Source of the DNA: Dickeya dadantii NCPPB 898
GTDB lineage: Bacteria; Pseudomonadota; Gammaproteobacteria; Enterobacterales; Enterobacteriaceae
Assembly (NCBI RefSeq): GCF_000406145.1
Contig: NZ_AOOE01000043.1
Coordinates: 60,001-92,000, forward strand
DNA: 32,000 nucleotides
Reading direction: 5' to 3'
The notes below the pieces were generated by a model. The model made no database searches. It was not told where the DNA came from and saw nothing but the letters and a program-made list of their open reading frames with translations. Position numbers and translations under genes: made by a program. Of the stretch, positions 28,301 to 32,000 are shown one piece after another. Positions within the stretch are counted from its first letter, which is position 1, and every line of letters starts with the position of its first letter.

Positions 28301-28985
28301 CACGGACCGCGCTGAAAATCTGCGCGGGCAGCTCGTCGATGCCAATCTCGTCGGCGTACTCCAGCAGCGGCGTCACGCTGCGATAAAAGTGTTCCGGCGA
28401 CGGCCAGCTATCGCGCAGTTCCAGCACATCGCGGGCATCAAGCGGAAAAAAGAACGTGCGCCAGTAATCGCGCACCACCTCCAGCAGCAAATCGCTCTGG
28501 TCGGTTTCCAGCGTCTGGTTAAACAGGCTGCCGCTGTCAAAGGCGTGTTCGCCCAGCATCCGATTACACCAGCTGTGGATGGTGGACACCGCCGCTTCGT
28601 CCATCCATTCAGCGGCCAGCTGCAATTTGCGCGCGCAGTCCGGCCACTGTTCCGGCGGGTAGTCGGCGCGCAGTTCGCCCAGCAGCGGATCGACCGCGTC
28701 ATCCTTGCCATCCGGCTGAAAGTAAGCGGCCGCCTGCGCCAGCCGGGCGCGAATACGGTCGCGCAGCTCGCGGGTGGCGGCATCGGTAAAGGTCACCACC
28801 AGAATGTCCGGCGGATTGAGCGGGCGAGAGAACGCCTGCTCGCCGCCGTGCCCCAACACCAGCCGCACATACAGCATGGCGATGGTGAAGGTTTTGCCGG
28901 TGCCGGCGCTGGCTTCGATCAGCCGGCTACCGGCGAGCGGAAAGCGCAGCACATCCAGCGGAGAAGGTAACGCACGCGCCGTCAT
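25311..28985 (-). CDS. recB: Exodeoxyribonuclease V subunit beta
   Basis: 1224 aa. EASAGTGKTFTI, MIDEFQDTDPLQYRIF, GDPKQAIYAFRGADI, and the nuclease-domain motif GFIDLVFEHQGRYYVLDYKSN. Confidence 0.96.
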   Translation of the reverse strand: MTARALPSPLDVLRFPLAGSRLIEASAGTGKTFTIAMLYVRLVLGHGGEQAFSRPLNPPDILVVTFTDAATRELRDRIRARLAQAAAYFQPDGKDDAVDPLLGELRADYPPEQWPDCARKLQLAAEWMDEAAVSTIHSWCNRMLGEHAFDSGSLFNQTLETDQSDLLLEVVRDYWRTFFFPLDARDVLELRDSWPSPEHFYRSVTPLLEYADEIGIDELPAQIFSAVREEKTRRLSALKAPWPQWCVELRDLLNDAVAQKKANGHKLQARYFEPWLDKLHHWATSDETTLDIGTGWTRLTPQGLRECWKVPEEAPQHPALTAMETLPQQLSELPEPRSQLLRHACRWVSQRFRHEQESRAQMGFQDLLTRLDAALRSDNGERLAQRIRRQFPVAMIDEFQDTDPLQYRIFDTLYRVADNDPQQGLILIGDPKQAIYAFRGADIYTYLRARRDTDGRHYTLGTNFRSTQAMVGAVNQVFMQAENRADGAGAFLFRQPDGDNPVPFLPVQANGRDEAWVLDGADAAALTCWTLATDEPLSSAEYRQRMAAGCAREMVRLLQLGGQGRAGFAVPGQPLRPVKPGDMAVLVNTGREAMAVRAQLSARGVRSVYLSDRESVFDSPQAGELHCWLAACADPENDRLLRAALATPALGLSWQALDRLNHDEQEWERRVMQFDHYQRCWQQQGVLPMLRRLMWDFDVPRRLLAADNTRALTDMLHLSELLQQASVHLDGEHALIRYLAEQRQADNPGGDTLKLRLESDADLVKVVTVHKSKGLEYPLVFLPFACAFRTVSHRDVPLKFHDDDAKPRLELIASDEAVQRADHERLGEDLRKFYVALTRARYAMWLGMAPLKELEKSAPGYLLGAGEPLEPAQLTQQLSTWCGADSQIAPLPETDDAVYRAELHTPALGQEPPLPDMRSHRWRITSYSGLQLAPEGHYREFREPAAGDEPEVQSAKQETFSEPQASTERLPPLPSGFDMYSFPRGAAPGSFLHGLLEWAGKEGFALLAADRPRVEDQVARRCNRQGWTQWIPMLTDWLMTLLSQPLALPTQPGSAVSLAGLTQYQVEMEFWFALNQVDTQILDQQVRAATLAGEPRAALMREQLNGMLKGFIDLVFEHQGRYYVLDYKSNWLGADAADYDPPRMASDMLDHRYDLQLALYLFALHRLLKSRLPDYDYDRHVGGALYLFLRGSQAPGGGVCAERPDRSLIEALDRLFSGETEATA

Positions 28986-31900
28986 GGCTGGCCTCCTGAT
29001 TTTTTATTCTTCGCCGACGCCGCTTTCATCGTCAGGTACAGCGGCGCCAGCAGTTGCTGCGTCCAGCGGGCAAACTCGCCGTTGGCCCACAGGTGGTCGA
29101 AACTCGGGAAAGCCCGCGCCAGATAGGCGTTAGACGCCGATTCGGCAAACTTGCGGTTGGCCGGATCATGTTCCTCATAACACTGACGTGCCGCCTTGCC
29201 CGCCTCACCGTCCGGCGGCTGATCCGGTTCTCCGCCCGTCTCCAGCCAGCGAAATCCGCTTTTCACCGCCAGCGGCAGCGGGTAACGCATGCCTTCCCGC
29301 CAGGCATCCACCAGCGCCTGCCAGTATACTTTCGCCTGCTCCGGCTCCAGCGTCGGCAGGTAAACGGTGCCGTTTTTGCTGACCAGCGTGCTGTGCAGTG
29401 GTTGCCCGCCAAGGTGCCCGGCCAGATGCGCCACCCAGAACGGCAATAGCTTGTCGAAGCGATAGCTGCGCCGCGTGGGATGAAGCAACCCACCGCTTTC
29501 CAGCACCAGCCGGCACCGGTTGCCCTGCCCGTCTGTGCGCAGCTCGTTCAGCCAGTCTTCCAGCGGGACATCGGGCAGCGACAGCGCTTCGTCAGCCGTC
29601 GCTTCAGGCCATTTTTCCCGTTCCTGCTCGTAACGGGTGAACAGATCCGCCATCGGCTCCGCCAAATCCTGCTCCAGCACCGCGGTAAAGCCGCCCGGCG
29701 CCAGTTCGCCGCGCCGGGCGATGCGCGCCAGCTGTTCCGCCAGCGCCTGCTCGCGGGGGATACGCTGGCGTAACGCCGCGTGCTGCACCTGAATCAGCTC
29801 GTGTTGCAGGCGCCAGTTTTCCAGCGCGTCGATAGCAAACGGCTCCTGATCCTGGCTGGTGGCGTCTGCCTGCTCGAACCAGACATTGAGCCGCAGACGG
29901 AAGAAGCTGCGCACCGGGTCGCGGACAAAATCCGCCAGTTGGCGCAGCGTCAGCACACCGTCCTGCCGATACTCGTCCAGCGCGGTTTCCGTCGCCGGCG
30001 CGTTCTGCGGCAACAATCTATCTTGCGGCAACAGCCCGTCATCCTGCGGCAACAGCCCGGCGCGCCATTCGCGGGCATAGCTGAACAACGGGCTGCCGGC
30101 GGTAAAATAATCCGGGCTGAATGGCTGCAACCGGTGCTCTACCGTCAGCGCCGACAACACATCCTGCTCGTCGGCGGTCTGCCAGCCGTTACTCAAATGG
30201 TCGCGCAGTTGTGCCACCAGCACCGAGGGCGGCCGCTCGCTGTTGTCGTGAATGCTGCGTCCCACCCAACTGATATATAAACGTTCACGCGCCGACAGCA
30301 GCGCCTCCAGAAACAGATAGCGGTCGTCTTCGCGGCGGGAACGGTCACCGGGGCGGTAATCCTGCCCCATCAGGTCGAAGTCCAGCGGCACCCGGTTGCG
30401 GGGATAGTCGCCATCGTTCATGCCCAGCAGGCAGACGTGGCGAAACGGGATGGCGCGCATCGGCATCAGGGTGGCGAAGGTAACAGCGCCGGCAAAAAAC
30501 GGCTGGGTCAGGCTCGACTGCTCAAACAGCCCCAGCCAGTGTTCCCGCACCACCGACAGCGGCAACGCCTGTTCCAGCGCCACCGATTCGCAGGCCTCCA
30601 GCCAGTTCTGCAACCCTTCATCCAGTTGCAGCAGCATAAAGCCGTCCTCGCCCTCATCCGCCGTAAAAAACGTGCTCAGCAGCGCGCGTAACCGTTCGCC
30701 CCATTGCGTTGGCGTCGCGGGCTGACACAGCTGCTGCCAGCTGTAATCCAGCCGGTCGAGCAGCAACGCCAGTTGACCGGCCAGTACCGCATCCAGCCCG
30801 CCGATTTCATCCAGCGGTTCGATATCCCGCCAGGCATCGCCGGTACCCACCGCGTAGCCCAGCAGCATGCGGCGCAGGCCGAAAAACCAGCTGTTTTGTT
30901 CCGGCGCGTCGGGCAAGTCGAGGCTCTGGCGCTGGCGGGCGTGCAGCCCCCAGCGCACGTTGGCGGCCCGAATCCAGCGTTGCAGCAGCGGCAACTGCTC
31001 TTCGGTGATGGCAAAACGCTGGCGCACCGCCGGCACTTCCAGCAAATCCAGCACATCGCTGACCGCCACGCGCGACTGCGGCAAATTCAACAACCGCTCC
31101 AGCGCCGCCAGCAGCAGGTTGTTCTGGCGCGGCCCGCGGTCCGCCACGCTAAACGGGATATAACGCGGGTCTTTCTGCCGGTCGATCAACCCAAACACCG
31201 CCTGAATGTGCGGCGCATAGCCGTTGATGTCCGGCACCATCACAATCACGTCGCGCGGGCGCAGCGTCGGGTCGGCGGCAAACGCCGCCAGCAGTTGGTC
31301 GTGCAGCACTTCCACTTCGCGCTGCGCGCTGTGAGCGACATGAAAACGGATCGAGCGATCCTGATGCGGATCGATGGCAGGCCAGCGCGCTCGGCTTTCC
31401 GCCAGCGGTCGCAAATCCCGAATGTCGTCCTGTAGTTGATTGAGCAGGCAGCTTTCGCCGTTGCTGTCGAACAGGTCAATGCGTGAAATCAGCGGCTGCA
31501 ACAGCGATTCGTACTGCTCGCGCTGGTCGTATTCATCCAGCAGGCCGATGTAATCCCGCCCCTGTTTACCCCAGGCCGCCAGCAGCGGGTGGGCATGCTG
31601 ATGCAGCTCTTCCAGCGCGACCGCCTCCGGCATGCCGGGTTTGCGTTGCTGGCGGGCGCGTTCGGCGCGCAGCAGATCCTTGTCGGCGATAATATTGCCC
31701 CAGTAGTGCTCGCACGGGTTATGCACGCACATAAACACCTGGGTCCAGCGGCCGATGGCCGCCAGCAGTTCCAGCGCCTGCTGCGGCAGCGATGAAATCC
31801 CGAATACCATCACCCGGGACGGCAATCCCGCCGGCCGGTCGCCGTCGCCCCGCCGTTTTACCTCATCCAGAAAGCGGCGATGCAGCGCGGCGCGGCTGGT

Positions 31901-32000
31901 GCCGGACAGCGCTTCGCCGGTATCGGCCAGCAATGCGCGCCACAGCAGCGGCTGCCAGCGCTGATCGTCCGGCAATGGCTCCACGCCGCGCCGGCTGGTC
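28982..32000 (-). CDS. recC: Exodeoxyribonuclease V subunit gamma (N-terminus lies beyond the window end)
   Basis: The frame is open to position 32000. More than 1000 aa are colinear with RecC (e.g. FGISSLPQQALELLAAIGRWTQVFMCVHNPCEHYWGNI vs E. coli ..GISALPPVYLQALQALG..NPCRYYWGDI). The stop overlaps the recB start by 4 nt. Confidence 0.95.
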   Translation of the reverse strand, partial: TSRRGVEPLPDDQRWQPLLWRALLADTGEALSGTSRAALHRRFLDEVKRRGDGDRPAGLPSRVMVFGISSLPQQALELLAAIGRWTQVFMCVHNPCEHYWGNIIADKDLLRAERARQQRKPGMPEAVALEELHQHAHPLLAAWGKQGRDYIGLLDEYDQREQYESLLQPLISRIDLFDSNGESCLLNQLQDDIRDLRPLAESRARWPAIDPHQDRSIRFHVAHSAQREVEVLHDQLLAAFAADPTLRPRDVIVMVPDINGYAPHIQAVFGLIDRQKDPRYIPFSVADRGPRQNNLLLAALERLLNLPQSRVAVSDVLDLLEVPAVRQRFAITEEQLPLLQRWIRAANVRWGLHARQRQSLDLPDAPEQNSWFFGLRRMLLGYAVGTGDAWRDIEPLDEIGGLDAVLAGQLALLLDRLDYSWQQLCQPATPTQWGERLRALLSTFFTADEGEDGFMLLQLDEGLQNWLEACESVALEQALPLSVVREHWLGLFEQSSLTQPFFAGAVTFATLMPMRAIPFRHVCLLGMNDGDYPRNRVPLDFDLMGQDYRPGDRSRREDDRYLFLEALLSARERLYISWVGRSIHDNSERPPSVLVAQLRDHLSNGWQTADEQDVLSALTVEHRLQPFSPDYFTAGSPLFSYAREWRAGLLPQDDGLLPQDRLLPQNAPATETALDEYRQDGVLTLRQLADFVRDPVRSFFRLRLNVWFEQADATSQDQEPFAIDALENWRLQHELIQVQHAALRQRIPREQALAEQLARIARRGELAPGGFTAVLEQDLAEPMADLFTRYEQEREKWPEATADEALSLPDVPLEDWLNELRTDGQGNRCRLVLESGGLLHPTRRSYRFDKLLPFWVAHLAGHLGGQPLHSTLVSKNGTVYLPTLEPEQAKVYWQALVDAWREGMRYPLPLAVKSGFRWLETGGEPDQPPDGEAGKAARQCYEEHDPANRKFAESASNAYLARAFPSFDHLWANGEFARWTQQLLAPLYLTMKAASAKNKKSGGQP

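Noticed and set aside
24238-31435. Many 100-310-aa plus-strand ORFs across recD/recB/recC (e.g. 24238-25095, 25446-26198, 28035-28970, 30704-31435)
   Set aside because: All are antisense or off-frame shadows within recCBD. Their Arg/Gln/Pro/Ala-rich composition is typical of GC-rich DNA, and they lack SD sequences or recognisable domains.
23269-32000. recCBD as a high-GC foreign island
   Set aside because: Hand counts give about 62-68% GC. Sample lines of hemA and prmC in the conserved block also give 60-65%, so the elevation is not clearly outside the range of long, weakly expressed native genes. Composition alone does not support horizontal transfer. Only the synteny point was kept as a finding.

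Overview
32-kb chromosomal segment of an enterobacterium, probably a soft-rot Pectobacteriaceae (Dickeya-like). The GH30 xylanase at 15649-16890 reads like Erwinia chrysanthemi XynA. All homology statements come from recalled protein sequences and motifs; no search was run. The backbone is the conserved housekeeping block known from E. coli b1203-b1215: kdsA-sirB1-prmC-prfA-hemA on the minus strand, lolB-ispE-prs on plus, ychH on minus, pth-ychF on plus. It is joined on the left to pntA/ydgH and on the right to dbpA, an ECF sigma module, yceI, a globin-coupled diguanylate cyclase and a compact recC-recB-recD operon that runs off the window. Accessory or unusual parts: (1) a low-GC two-gene cassette (exported DJ-1/Hsp31-like protein plus LysR regulator) sits where E. 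coli has dauA and is bracketed by two inverted ERIC elements. (2) A triplicated 17-nt unit at the pth start creates two translationally coupled 6-codon mini-ORFs. (3) A ~103-bp direct repeat of the ychF 3' end plus terminator brackets 455 bp that include an IS3-family remnant, followed by the low-GC xynA islet. (4) A secreted Cys-pair TPR protein, ECF sigma and anti-sigma form an operon. The sigma gene has no canonical start codon at its Shine-Dalgarno sequence, a 4x14-bp tandem array lies upstream, and an ECF-like promoter motif is shared with the convergent yceI gene. No rRNA, tRNA or CRISPR array was seen. Nothing here can be shown from sequence alone to be a new system; the pth leader and the ECF module are the best candidates for follow-up.
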